From positions 1 to 43,061 of the forward strand of contig DATCKT010000160.1 in the NCBI GenBank assembly GCA_036562195.1: DNA of 43,061 nt, in the 5' to 3' direction. The notes under the pieces are model-generated. The model searched no databases. It saw only the letters and a list, made by a program, of their open reading frames with translations, and had not been told where the DNA came from. Source of the stretch: Limnochordales bacterium (lineage in GTDB: Bacteria > Bacillota > Limnochordia > Limnochordales > ZCTH02-B6). The translations under genes were made by a program, and so were the position numbers. Of the stretch, positions 23,840 to 32,851 are shown in pieces. Each line of letters begins with the position of its first letter. Position 1 is the first letter of the stretch.

Positions 23840-24700
23840 TTACTCCTCCAGGTCCCTGTGCTGGACGGCCACCCGGAAACCTCGCCCCTGCAGGAACTCG
23901 CCGACGCGCCGGGCGACGGCCACCGACCGGTGCCGGCCGCCCGTGCAGCCGATGCCGATCAGCAAGTGGCTCTTGTTCTCGCGGGTGTACTGCGGCATCA
24001 AGAAGTCCAGCAGGTCGTACAGCTTCTCCATGAACCGCTGGGTCACCGGCCATTTGAACACGTACTCTTCCACCGCCGGGTCGTTGCCCGTCATCTCCGC
24101 CAGGTCCTCCACCCAATGGGGGTTGGGCAGAAAGCGCACGTCGAACACCAGGTCCGCGTCGATGGGCACGCCGTTCTTGAAACCAAAGGACATGACGGTG
24201 ACCGCCAGCCCCTCGGCTTGTCCCGGCGTAAACAGGTACGCGATGCGCTCTTTGAGCTCGCGGGGCGTCATGTGCGACGTGTCCAGGATATGGTGGGCGC
24301 GGCCCCGCAGCTCCTGCAGCCGTCGCCGTTCCTCCCGGATGCCGTCCAGCACCCGGCCGTCGGGCACTAGCGGGTGGCGGCGGCGGGTGGCCTTGAACCG
24401 GCGCACCAGCACCTCGTCCGAAGCCTCCAGAAACACGATGGTGTACTGGAACCCGACGGCTTCCAGCTCCGCCAGGGCGTCAAACAGGTGCGCGAAGAAC
24501 TGCCCGCCCCGGATGTCGATGACCAGCGCCACATGGCCCACCTGGCCGCCGGACTTGGCGCACAGTTCGGCGAACTTCGGGATCAGGGCCGGCGGCAGGT
24601 TGTCCACGCAAAAGTAGCCAAGGTCCTCGAAGGAGCGCATGGCTTCACTCTTGCCGGCCCCCGACAGGCCGGTAATGATGACGAACCGGACCGGTTCCAT
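23840..24700 (-). CDS. rapZ: RNase adapter / nucleotide-binding protein RapZ (YvcJ)
   Basis: Track ORF. Walker A GLSGAGKS. Full-length RapZ similarity. Confidence 0.93.
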   Translation of the reverse strand: MEPVRFVIITGLSGAGKSEAMRSFEDLGYFCVDNLPPALIPKFAELCAKSGGQVGHVALVIDIRGGQFFAHLFDALAELEAVGFQYTIVFLEASDEVLVRRFKATRRRHPLVPDGRVLDGIREERRRLQELRGRAHHILDTSHMTPRELKERIAYLFTPGQAEGLAVTVMSFGFKNGVPIDADLVFDVRFLPNPHWVEDLAEMTGNDPAVEEYVFKWPVTQRFMEKLYDLLDFLMPQYTRENKSHLLIGIGCTGGRHRSVAVARRVGEFLQGRGFRVAVQHRDLEE

Positions 24701-24884
24701 CGTCCTCCCCCCGTCTGGCCGCGCCGGAGTCGAGGTTACACGACCCCCCTGCCGGCCTTGCGGCGGCGGCCGTTCCTCACGGCTGCCGCGGCCGCCCTGC
24801 GGGGATGCCGCGCGGCCGGGCTACGGGTGCTTCGCGCCCCATTGCCGGACGCGCGGCCGACTCGGCCATCGCCTCACCTCCATT

Positions 24885-25637
24885 CTACGCCGGCGGCGCC
24901 GAAAGGGCAAAGGCGGCCGCTTCGTCCAGGATCAGCGTCACGTCCGGGTGGCGCTGCAGGACGGAGGCGGGCACCGCCTCGGTCACCGGCCCATTCACCG
25001 CCCGGGCCACGGCGGCGGCCTTCTCCCGGCCCGAAGCCAACAACAGCACTCGGCGGGCGGCCATGATGGTCCCAATCCCCATGGTGATGCCGAATTCAGG
25101 CACATCCCGCAAGTCCTGGAACCCGTAGCCGCGATAGTTGGCCAGCCGCGTTTCTTCCGTCAGGCGCACCAAGTGTGTGGCGGAGTCAAAGGGCGTGCCC
25201 GGTTCATTGAAACCGATATGGCCGTTGCTGCCGATGCCCAGCACCACCAGGTCCAGTCCCCCGGCGGCGCGGATTTGGTCCTCGTACGCCCGGCACGCAG
25301 CGTCCGGGTCCGCGCCCGACACGCCCGCGTCGGGCCAGTGGGCGTTGCCGGGGGCGACGTTGACGTGCGCGAGCAGATGGGTGCACATAAAATAGGCAAA
25401 GCTCATGGGGTGCTCGGGCCCAAGGCCCCAGTACTCGTCCAGATTGAAGGTGACGACGCCCGCAAAATCCAGCTCCCCGGCTTGGTGCAGGCGCACCAGC
25501 TCCCGGTACATGCCCTTGGGGGTATTGCCCGTCGGCAAGCCCAGGACGATGCGGGGCCCCGCCTTGATGGCTGCCGCCACGGCGGCCGCGGCGTTGAGGC
25601 TCATCTGCTCGTAGTCCGGAACAACGATGACGTTCAT
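24885..25637 (-). CDS. nagB: Glucosamine-6-phosphate deaminase
   Basis: Track ORF. LGLPTGNTP and LGIGSNGHIGFNEPG motifs. ATGA overlap with the nagA stop. Confidence 0.93.
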   Translation of the reverse strand: MNVIVVPDYEQMSLNAAAAVAAAIKAGPRIVLGLPTGNTPKGMYRELVRLHQAGELDFAGVVTFNLDEYWGLGPEHPMSFAYFMCTHLLAHVNVAPGNAHWPDAGVSGADPDAACRAYEDQIRAAGGLDLVVLGIGSNGHIGFNEPGTPFDSATHLVRLTEETRLANYRGYGFQDLRDVPEFGITMGIGTIMAARRVLLLASGREKAAAVARAVNGPVTEAVPASVLQRHPDVTLILDEAAAFALSAPPA

Positions 25638-26860
25638 CGCGAAAACACAATCTCTCCCGCCACCATAGTCATACGTACCGCGAGATCCTCGTCCAGAATG
25701 ACTAGGTCGGCCTCGTATCCGGGGGCCAGGCGGCCCAACCGGCCGGCGACGCCCAGGCCCTCCGCCGGCGTCCAGGTGGCCATCCCGACGGCCTCTACCA
25801 GCGGCACGCCCACCCGCCGCACCATGACCCGCACCGCCTCGGCCATGGTCAGCACGCTGCCCGCCAGCGCCGACGGGTCATCCCTGAGCCGCGCTTGGCC
25901 GTCCCGCACCACCACGGGCAGATCTCCCAGGGTGTATTCCCCCGGCGGGCAGCCGACCGCCCGCATGCCATCGGTGACCAGCATGACGCCGGCCGCTCCC
26001 TTGCACCGGTACAAAAGCCGCATGGCGCCCGGATGCACGTGCACGCCGTCGGCGATCAGCTCCGCCCGCACGCGCCCGTCCACGAGCACGGCGCCCAGGC
26101 AGCCCGGCGCCCGGTGGTGCAGGCCTTCCATGGCATTGAAGGCGTGGGTGGCCGTCCGCGCACCCGCGTCCACCGCCGCCAGCGCCTGTTCGTAGGTCGC
26201 GGCCGTATGGCCGATGGAGACGTTCACCCGCCGCTCCGCCAGCCACCGGATGGCGGCCTCGGCCCCCGGCAGCTCCGGCGCCAGGGTTAAGGTCACCAGG
26301 GCGGGCCCCAGCGCGGCGTACAGCCGCGCCAGCTCCGCCAAATCCGGCGGACGCAGGTAGGCGGCGTTGTGGGCCCCGCGCCGCGCCGGGTTGAGGTAGG
26401 GGCCTTCTAGATGCACACCCAGCAGCCGGGCGCCGCCCGTGCTCACCCCCACCATGGGCCGCACCACGGCGGCCACGTCCAGCAAATGCTCCAGCGGCGC
26501 GCTCATGGTAGTAGCCACCAGGCGAGTGGTGCCATGCGCGGCATGGGTGCGGGCCATTTGCGCGATTGACCCCGCGGTGGCGTCCATCACGTCCGCGCCG
26601 CCTCCCCCATGGACGTGGCCGTCGATGAAGCCGGGGCAGATGTAGCCCCCGCCCGCGTCCAGCTCCTCGGCCCCGCGGGTTTGGTCCAGGAAACCGCCCG
26701 CGCCCGCGGCCGCGCCGGCGTAGACGATCTTGTCGCCGGCGATGATCACGAGCCCGTCGTCCACCAGCCCCTCCGGCGTCACCAGCCGGCCGTTCCCAAT
26801 CACGATGCGGCGGCCCGGTGCCCGCCCCGGACCCGCGCCGACGCCGATCTCCCGATTCAT
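25634..26860 (-). CDS. nagA: N-acetylglucosamine-6-phosphate deacetylase
   Basis: Track ORF 25634..26875 trimmed to ATG 26860, which has a GGGAGG RBS and an ATGA overlap with the upstream gene's stop. GFIDGHVHGGGG metal-binding motif. Confidence 0.9.
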   Translation of the reverse strand: MNREIGVGAGPGRAPGRRIVIGNGRLVTPEGLVDDGLVIIAGDKIVYAGAAAGAGGFLDQTRGAEELDAGGGYICPGFIDGHVHGGGGADVMDATAGSIAQMARTHAAHGTTRLVATTMSAPLEHLLDVAAVVRPMVGVSTGGARLLGVHLEGPYLNPARRGAHNAAYLRPPDLAELARLYAALGPALVTLTLAPELPGAEAAIRWLAERRVNVSIGHTAATYEQALAAVDAGARTATHAFNAMEGLHHRAPGCLGAVLVDGRVRAELIADGVHVHPGAMRLLYRCKGAAGVMLVTDGMRAVGCPPGEYTLGDLPVVVRDGQARLRDDPSALAGSVLTMAEAVRVMVRRVGVPLVEAVGMATWTPAEGLGVAGRLGRLAPGYEADLVILDEDLAVRMTMVAGEIVFSR

Positions 26861-27894
26861 GGTCCCGCCTCCCACTGCACCACGTGCAGGCGGCTGGGGT
26901 AGCCGACCACGGCCAGCTGCAGGCCCCCGTTGCCCAGGAAATCCGCCGCCGCCACCGACGCCACGGCCCAGCCCAGGCTGCGGCCCGATTCGGCCAAGAG
27001 CTCAAAGGCACTGGTCAATCGGTATACGGCCGCCCGGCCGCGGTCGTCGGCCACGGCCAGAAGGTGCCGGGCTCCGGAGGGCACGGCGGACAGGGCAAAG
27101 GCCGGCGCTTCCCGCAGCGTTTCCTCATGTAGCCGCTCGTAGCCCGCCGCCCCCCACGTCCACACCTGAATGTCACCGGGATTGCGGCCGGTCCCCTCCT
27201 CCACCACCAGCTCCCACACGCCGTCGCCGTTCAAATCGCCGCCGGTGATGGCCCGCACCCGGCCGATGGTGGGGGTTTCCCAGAGCAGGCGAAAGCGGCC
27301 GTTGCGCCAACCCAAAAGCTCGACGCCCTTCTGGGGCACGTTGTCCTCCACCGCGTGCTGGCGGCTCATGGCGATGAGGTCGTAAGGATGGTGCGGGTGG
27401 CGCACGACGCCGATTTCTTCCGGCGCACCCCAACCGGCTTCTTCGTGAATGAGTTGCATGCGGCCGTCTTGCCACGCGAACAGGCGCAGGCGGGTGCGGG
27501 TGAGGACCGCGATCTGGGCCCGGCCCAGGCCGGTGAAGTCGCCCACCGCTACGGCCAGGTGGCTGACGGGCTCCCACAAATTGGGGCTTTGCCACACCAC
27601 CTCGAAGCGGCGGCCCGTCCAGCGCAAGACGTAGATGTAGTTCTCTTGGGATTCGTAGTTGCGCCCCGACAGCACCAGCTGCGCCCGGCCCTCGCCGGTG
27701 ACGTCGCCCGCTGCCACCTGGAGCAGCGTCTGCATGAGGAAGCCATCCTGCCGGTACACTTCGGGGAGATCGGGCACGGCCAAGGCGGGAGGGGCCGCGG
27801 CCGCCGCCCACACGGTAAGGACTGCCAAGACCATGAGGAGGGCCGGGGCAAGGAGGACGCAGGCCGCCCAGGCCCGATGGCGATGATGCCACAT
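26857..27894 (-). CDS. Secreted or membrane-anchored FG-GAP/VCBS-like beta-propeller repeat protein, function unknown
   Basis: Track ORF. N-terminal signal/anchor (AACVLLAPALLMVLAVLTVWAAAAA). Repeated GDVTGEG, GDFTGLG, GDLNGDG and ADFLGNGG motifs spaced about 60-80 aa apart. Confidence 0.7.
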   Translation of the reverse strand: MWHHRHRAWAACVLLAPALLMVLAVLTVWAAAAAPPALAVPDLPEVYRQDGFLMQTLLQVAAGDVTGEGRAQLVLSGRNYESQENYIYVLRWTGRRFEVVWQSPNLWEPVSHLAVAVGDFTGLGRAQIAVLTRTRLRLFAWQDGRMQLIHEEAGWGAPEEIGVVRHPHHPYDLIAMSRQHAVEDNVPQKGVELLGWRNGRFRLLWETPTIGRVRAITGGDLNGDGVWELVVEEGTGRNPGDIQVWTWGAAGYERLHEETLREAPAFALSAVPSGARHLLAVADDRGRAAVYRLTSAFELLAESGRSLGWAVASVAAADFLGNGGLQLAVVGYPSRLHVVQWEAGP

Positions 27895-27980
27895 CGCGGC
27901 GGATCACCCGGTGCCCATTTCGGGGCACCCTTCCGCGTTTCCTTTTCAAAAAGGCAGGATTTCCTATGCCGGGCGCGGCT

Positions 27981-29996
27981 TTAAGCCCGCATGTGCCAGG
28001 CGTGGGCCCATATCTCCCGGTCCCGCAGCCCAGCGTGCCGTTCCAGGTAGTCGACGACCGTCCACACGTACGTGGCGTGGGACCAGGTCAGGGGTGCGAC
28101 CGACAAGGGCTGGCCGGTTTCGGGGTGGTACTGCTCCGCCAGCACGCCGCTGGGCAAGGCACGGTCCACCACCCAATCCAACAGCTCCACCGCCGGGCGC
28201 AAATCCTGCGGCCGGTTGGCGGTGGCGATGTACCACTGGGCGAGCCACAGGGTGCAGATGACCCAAGGGTTTCCCGGTATGCGTTGGAAATCGTCGCTGC
28301 GGCAGAAATAGTAGTCCCGGTAGTAGCGGGCGATGCCGCCCACGGGCGTTTTGACCCAGAGCGCATCCCGCACCTGCTCCATGGTCTTGGCCACCCGCGG
28401 ATCCGTTGCCGGCAAGACGCCGAACAGAAACAAGCCGGCCACGCTGCTCTCGGGCGTCGGGTCGGGCGCGAGGCTGCCGTCTCCGCGCATGACCAGTCCC
28501 CGCAGAAACCGGCTTTCCTCGGCCGAGTAAAGGTGCCGCTCGATGGCGTCCCGCACTTGCCGGGCCGCGTCGCGGTAGCGCCGGGAGCGGTCGGTCTCGC
28601 CCCATAAGGCGGCCAGGCGGGCGGCTGCCCGGAGCCCCCCGCACACCGCGGCCGCGGTGAAGGTAAACACCCCCCGGCGCTCCTCCCACAGGTCGTAGCT
28701 GTCCAAAGGCAGTCCGGTGCACGCGTCCCGGTAGTCAGCCAGGAAGTCCGCGGCCGGTTTGATGAGCGGTTCGTAGAGGGACTCGATGAACTCCAGATCC
28801 CGCTCCAACCGGAAAAACTGGCCCAAAGCCCACAGCACCAGCGCCGTCTCGTCCTCTTGGATGGGCAGCTGCACCTGGCCGTGCACCAGCCACGGGTGCC
28901 AGCTGGAGCCCACCGACCGGTCGGGGTTGTACTTGTGCCAGAAAAACCCCCCGGGCGCCAGCACCTGCGCGCAGAAGCGGTAAAAGGCCCGCGTCAGCTC
29001 CGGGTAGCCGGCCCGGTCCAGAGCGTGAGCCACCAGCGCCCCGTCCCGGGGCCACATGTAGCTGTAGTGGTCCCGGTTGAACTGGAGGATGTCCGAATCG
29101 TTGGCGGCCAAGATCGCGCCCTCATGGTCGATTTGGGTCCGGATGAGGAGCAGGCTGCGCTTGAACAACCGCACCACCGGCGGCGGCAGGTCGGCCCAGT
29201 CCCGGTCGCGCTTGGTGACCCACGCCCGCCAGTAGGCGCGGGTCTCTTCCAAGAGCGCTGCGAGGCCCCGTTCGCGCACCTCGGCGTGCAGCCGCCGGAC
29301 CTGCTCAAAGCTGCGCCCCACGGCGACCCAGTGATGGACCACCTGCCGGCCCCCCGCGGGCAACAGCAGCCGGAAGCTCATGACCGAGTCCACCGACCCT
29401 TGCGCGATGGGGTTCCCCTCCAGGTGCCCATCTTCAGCGTCCCGCCACGTGCCCTCCGCGCCGCCGAACCGCTTGGTGCCGGTCGCGTACTGGAACAGCC
29501 CCTGCTGGCCCGCGGGAGCGTCGGGAAGCCAGCCGGCGATGAGGAAACACTTGTCCCGTTTGTAGTGGAGGACGCCGTCGACGCTGGGGTCATACAGGGC
29601 CGTGTCGCCGATGTCCGTCTGGTCCACGCACAGGTCGTACGGGAAAAAGACGCGCACTTCCCGGGCGGCAGGCGCCAGGTTGTGCACCTCCACTCTTTTC
29701 AGGTACACATCCCGGCGGACGTGGACCGCGTCCTGGGCCACCAGCCGCAACGCCAGCTCGTCGTGGGTCAGCGTCGCCCGGGTGACGAGGGTGTCTTCCT
29801 CGTATTCCAGCGACCGCTGCCAGGCCGGCCCGCCCACCCAGCTGAACCGGCCGTCCACCCAGACGCCGACGGGGTTCTTGTGCCCGCACAACTGGTTGAG
29901 CATCCCGACGTGGGGATAGTACAGGTCCCGCATGGCGTAGTCGCCGTCGAACGTGATCAAAAGCCGCCCGTTGCCCACCACCAAAGGCCGCGGCAT
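27981..29996 (-). CDS. Glycoside hydrolase family 15 (glucoamylase/glucodextranase/trehalase-like), cytoplasmic
   Basis: Track ORF 27981..30521 trimmed to ATG 29996 (MPRPLVVGNGRLLITFDG, GGAGGGG RBS). YSYMWPRDGA and DLWEERRG motifs characteristic of GH15. No signal peptide. Confidence 0.85.
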   Translation of the reverse strand: MPRPLVVGNGRLLITFDGDYAMRDLYYPHVGMLNQLCGHKNPVGVWVDGRFSWVGGPAWQRSLEYEEDTLVTRATLTHDELALRLVAQDAVHVRRDVYLKRVEVHNLAPAAREVRVFFPYDLCVDQTDIGDTALYDPSVDGVLHYKRDKCFLIAGWLPDAPAGQQGLFQYATGTKRFGGAEGTWRDAEDGHLEGNPIAQGSVDSVMSFRLLLPAGGRQVVHHWVAVGRSFEQVRRLHAEVRERGLAALLEETRAYWRAWVTKRDRDWADLPPPVVRLFKRSLLLIRTQIDHEGAILAANDSDILQFNRDHYSYMWPRDGALVAHALDRAGYPELTRAFYRFCAQVLAPGGFFWHKYNPDRSVGSSWHPWLVHGQVQLPIQEDETALVLWALGQFFRLERDLEFIESLYEPLIKPAADFLADYRDACTGLPLDSYDLWEERRGVFTFTAAAVCGGLRAAARLAALWGETDRSRRYRDAARQVRDAIERHLYSAEESRFLRGLVMRGDGSLAPDPTPESSVAGLFLFGVLPATDPRVAKTMEQVRDALWVKTPVGGIARYYRDYYFCRSDDFQRIPGNPWVICTLWLAQWYIATANRPQDLRPAVELLDWVVDRALPSGVLAEQYHPETGQPLSVAPLTWSHATYVWTVVDYLERHAGLRDREIWAHAWHMRA

Positions 29997-30089
29997 CGAC
30001 ACCCCTCCGCGTGTAGGTTGCGGCGCAGTGCCGTCATAGATTCCGCGCCCCGGACACATCCTACACACGGTCAAGGGGGGCGGGAGCCG

Positions 30090-31118
30090 GTGACAGCCGC
30101 GCCATGGGAAACCGAAGCCCACGCCTGGGTGGGCCGCCCGGGCCCGGGACAAACCGGTCCGGGCCCGGGGCAAACCGGTCCGGGCCCGGGAGACATCGGC
30201 CTGGGCGCCGGGCCCCTGGCTGCCGGCAGCTCCTTCGCCGGGCACGGCCTGGGCGACGGGGCGGCCGGGGCGGACGTGTACCGGCAGGAAGCACAGCACC
30301 GCCCGCCCCACGGCGGCCTGGCGCCCGCCGGTGGGACCGACCCGGTGCGGGACGGACCCTATGAGCTGCCGCCCGGATACGGCACCGACCGGCTCACCCT
30401 GCTGGTGCGGGATCCCTGGTGCGTCTTCGCCTTCTGGGAAGTGACGGCCGCCAGCTGGCACGACGCGGCGCGCCGGCTGGCATCCGACGGTGAAACGCCT
30501 CAGCTGGTCCTGCGCCTCCACGATCTGACCGGCGCTCAGGGTGCAGACGGCGGGACGTACACGGACCTCGTGGTGTCATGGCGCGACCGCTGGTACATCC
30601 ACCTGGACCGGCCGGGCCGCACCCTGATCGCGGAGATCGGCGCCGGCACCTCCTGGAGCTTCGTGCCCATCGCCCGCTCCAACGTCGTCCACACGCCGCC
30701 GGGCACCGTGTCGGAATGGGCTGAGGCGGGCTGGATGTCGGTGGAGGCCGCGTACCGGCTGCTGTCCCCCGGGGCGTGGGGCGGGACCAGCCCCGGACTC
30801 TTCCTGCAGCGGGAGTGGCGCGCGGCGGCCGCGGGCAGCGGTTTCGCGCTGGCCCCTGCGAGCCCGGGCTACTGGCCCCTGCGCGCCGCCCCACAGGCGG
30901 CGTTGACGGTGGACGCCGAGCTCATCCTTTACGGCCGCGTGAGCGACCCCGGAGCCAACGTGCTGGTCCACGGCCAAGCGGTCCCCGTGCAACCCGACGG
31001 TTCCTTCCGGTTCCGGTGCTCCCTCCCCGACGGCACCGCGGTGCTCCCTGTGGAGGCCCGGTTTCCCGACGGCCGGCGCCAAGCGGTGACGCCGGTGGTC
31101 ACCCGAGAAACGTACTGA
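30090..31118 (+). CDS. DUF4912-like protein of unknown function
   Basis: 3' part of track ORF 28857..31118. The conserved core starts at ...YELPPGYGTDRLTLLVRDPWCVFAFWEV and ends with ...LILYGRVSDPGANVLVHGQAVPVQPDGSFRFRCSLPDG. The start is uncertain: GTG 30090 after AAGGGGGGCGGGAG, or GTG 30129 or 30345. Third-codon-position GC is high from about 30196 onward. Confidence 0.65.
   Translation: MTAAPWETEAHAWVGRPGPGQTGPGPGQTGPGPGDIGLGAGPLAAGSSFAGHGLGDGAAGADVYRQEAQHRPPHGGLAPAGGTDPVRDGPYELPPGYGTDRLTLLVRDPWCVFAFWEVTAASWHDAARRLASDGETPQLVLRLHDLTGAQGADGGTYTDLVVSWRDRWYIHLDRPGRTLIAEIGAGTSWSFVPIARSNVVHTPPGTVSEWAEAGWMSVEAAYRLLSPGAWGGTSPGLFLQREWRAAAAGSGFALAPASPGYWPLRAAPQAALTVDAELILYGRVSDPGANVLVHGQAVPVQPDGSFRFRCSLPDGTAVLPVEARFPDGRRQAVTPVVTRETY
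30138..30199. repeat. About 2.5 tandem copies of a 21-bp repeat (CCGGGCCCGGGRCAAACCGGT)
   Basis: Copies at 30138-30158 and 30159-30179 with one mismatch, plus a partial copy from 30180. In the plus frame they encode PGPGQTG-PGPGQTG-PGPGD. Each unit contains the palindrome CCGGGCCCGG. Confidence 0.85.
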
Positions 31119-31145
31119 CGGATCCTGGGCGAAGGAGGCGCGCCC

Positions 31146-32819
31146 TTGGCACAACCACAAGGGTATCTGGCCCTGGTGCTCCATGCCCACTTGCCGTTTG
31201 TGCGCCACCCCGAGCGCGAGGCGGTGCTGGAGGAAGACTGGCTGTTTGAAGCCATCACCGAGTGCTACCTGCCGCTTTTGAACGTTTTCGCCGGCTGGGA
31301 ACGGGATGGGGTGCCCTGGAAGCTGGCCATGTCCGTCACCCCCACCCTCGCGGCCATGCTGGGCGACCAACTGCTGCGGGAGCGCTACGTGCGCCACCTG
31401 GAGGGGCTCATCGCCCTGGCCGAGCAGGAGATGCAGCGCACGTCCACCGAACCCGCGTTTCATCGCCTGGCGCGCATGTACCACCGCAGGTTTCTGAGAG
31501 CGCGGCAGCAATTTGTCGAGGAGTACCGCGGCGACTTGCTGGGCGCGCTGCGCGGCTTTGCGGACACCGGCCGGCTAGAGCTGTTGGCCTCCGCCGCCAC
31601 CCACGGGTACTTGCCCCTCATGCATCCCCACCGCGCCGCGGTGCGGGCGCAGGTCGCGGTGGGCGTCGAGGCCCATCGCCGGGCCTTCGGGCGGGAACCC
31701 GCAGGCTTTTGGCTGCCCGAATGCGGCTACAGCCCGCCCGACGACGAGATCCTGGCCGGCTGCGGCGTCCGCTGGTTCATCGTGGAAACCCACGGCCTGC
31801 TGCACGCGCGGCCCCGGCCGCCCTACGCGGTGTTCACGCCCGTCTATTGCCCCGGCTCCGCCGTGGCCGCCTTCGGCCGCGACGTGGAATCGTCCAAGCA
31901 GGTATGGAGCGCGACCGAAGGCTACCCGGGCGACGGGGATTACCGGGACTTCTACCGGGACATCGGGTACGACCTGGACGACGACTACCTCCGCCCCTGG
32001 CTCAAGGCGGGCGTGCGCAAGCACACGGGCATCAAGTACTACCGGGTCACCGGGCCCACGGCGGCCAAAGCGCCCTATGACCCGGACGCCGCCCGGGAGA
32101 AGGCCGCCATCCACGCGGGCAACTTCATGTTCAACCGCCACAAGCAGGTGGAGTACCTGCGGGCCCACATGGACCGGCCGCCCATCGTGGTCGCCCCGTA
32201 CGATGCGGAGCTGTTCGGCCACTGGTGGTATGAAGGGCCCCAGTGGCTGGACTTCCTGGTGCGCAAGCTCGCCTACGATCAGGACACCCTCGCCCTCACC
32301 ACCCCCAGTGAGTACCTGGACCTGCACCCCCGCAACCCCGTGGCGCAGCCGTCCATGTCCAGCTGGGGCTACAACGGCTACAGCGAGGTGTGGCTCAACG
32401 GCGCCAACGACTGGATCTACCCGCACCTGCACATGGCGGCCGCGCGCATGGCGGAGCTGGCCGCGCGGCACCCGGCGCCCGACCCCCTCACCCGCCGGGC
32501 GCTCAATCAAGCCGCGCGGGAGCTCTTGCTCGCCCAAAGCAGCGACTGGGCGTTCATCATGAAGACGGGCACGATGGTGGAGTACGCGGTGCGGCGCACC
32601 AACGACCACCTGGGGCGGTTCGCGCGGCTGTACGAGCAGATCCAGGCGGGGGCGGTGGACGAGGGCTGGCTCGCCGACGTGGAGCGGCGGGACAACATCT
32701 TCCCGTGGCTGGACTACCGCGTGTACGCAGAAACCCCCGTGGCGGCGGCGCCACCCCCGGCCGGCACCAACGGCGCGTGGCTGCCGGTGCCCGCCGGGGC
32801 CCAACGGGCAGGCGCCTAG
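31146..32819 (+). CDS. Glycoside hydrolase family 57 enzyme, 1,4-alpha-glucan branching enzyme type
   Basis: Track ORF. TTG start with a GAAGGAGG RBS 7 nt upstream. N-terminal YLALVLHAHLPFVRHPE, nucleophile region GFWLPECGYSP, acid/base region APYDAELFGHWWYEGPQWL. Starts 27 nt after the DUF4912-like stop. Confidence 0.88.
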   Translation: MAQPQGYLALVLHAHLPFVRHPEREAVLEEDWLFEAITECYLPLLNVFAGWERDGVPWKLAMSVTPTLAAMLGDQLLRERYVRHLEGLIALAEQEMQRTSTEPAFHRLARMYHRRFLRARQQFVEEYRGDLLGALRGFADTGRLELLASAATHGYLPLMHPHRAAVRAQVAVGVEAHRRAFGREPAGFWLPECGYSPPDDEILAGCGVRWFIVETHGLLHARPRPPYAVFTPVYCPGSAVAAFGRDVESSKQVWSATEGYPGDGDYRDFYRDIGYDLDDDYLRPWLKAGVRKHTGIKYYRVTGPTAAKAPYDPDAAREKAAIHAGNFMFNRHKQVEYLRAHMDRPPIVVAPYDAELFGHWWYEGPQWLDFLVRKLAYDQDTLALTTPSEYLDLHPRNPVAQPSMSSWGYNGYSEVWLNGANDWIYPHLHMAAARMAELAARHPAPDPLTRRALNQAARELLLAQSSDWAFIMKTGTMVEYAVRRTNDHLGRFARLYEQIQAGAVDEGWLADVERRDNIFPWLDYRVYAETPVAAAPPPAGTNGAWLPVPAGAQRAGA

Positions 32820-32851
32820 CAGAGCGCGCAGGTGTGGAGGCGACCGGGCCG

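Noticed and set aside
22359-24617. 585-aa minus-strand out-of-frame ORF and 549/617-aa plus-strand ORFs over yvcK and rapZ
   Set aside because: They overlap well-supported yvcK and rapZ frames. Arg/Pro/Gly-rich composition.
30138-30199. The 21-bp tandem repeats as a mini-CRISPR array
   Set aside because: The copies are directly adjacent with no spacers, only about 2.5 units are present, and there are no cas genes.
29997-30521. 175-codon N-terminal extension of the GH15 ORF
   Set aside because: Arg-rich shadow of the plus-strand DUF4912-like gene. ATG 29996 has a GGAGGGG RBS and the conserved GH15 N-terminus begins there.
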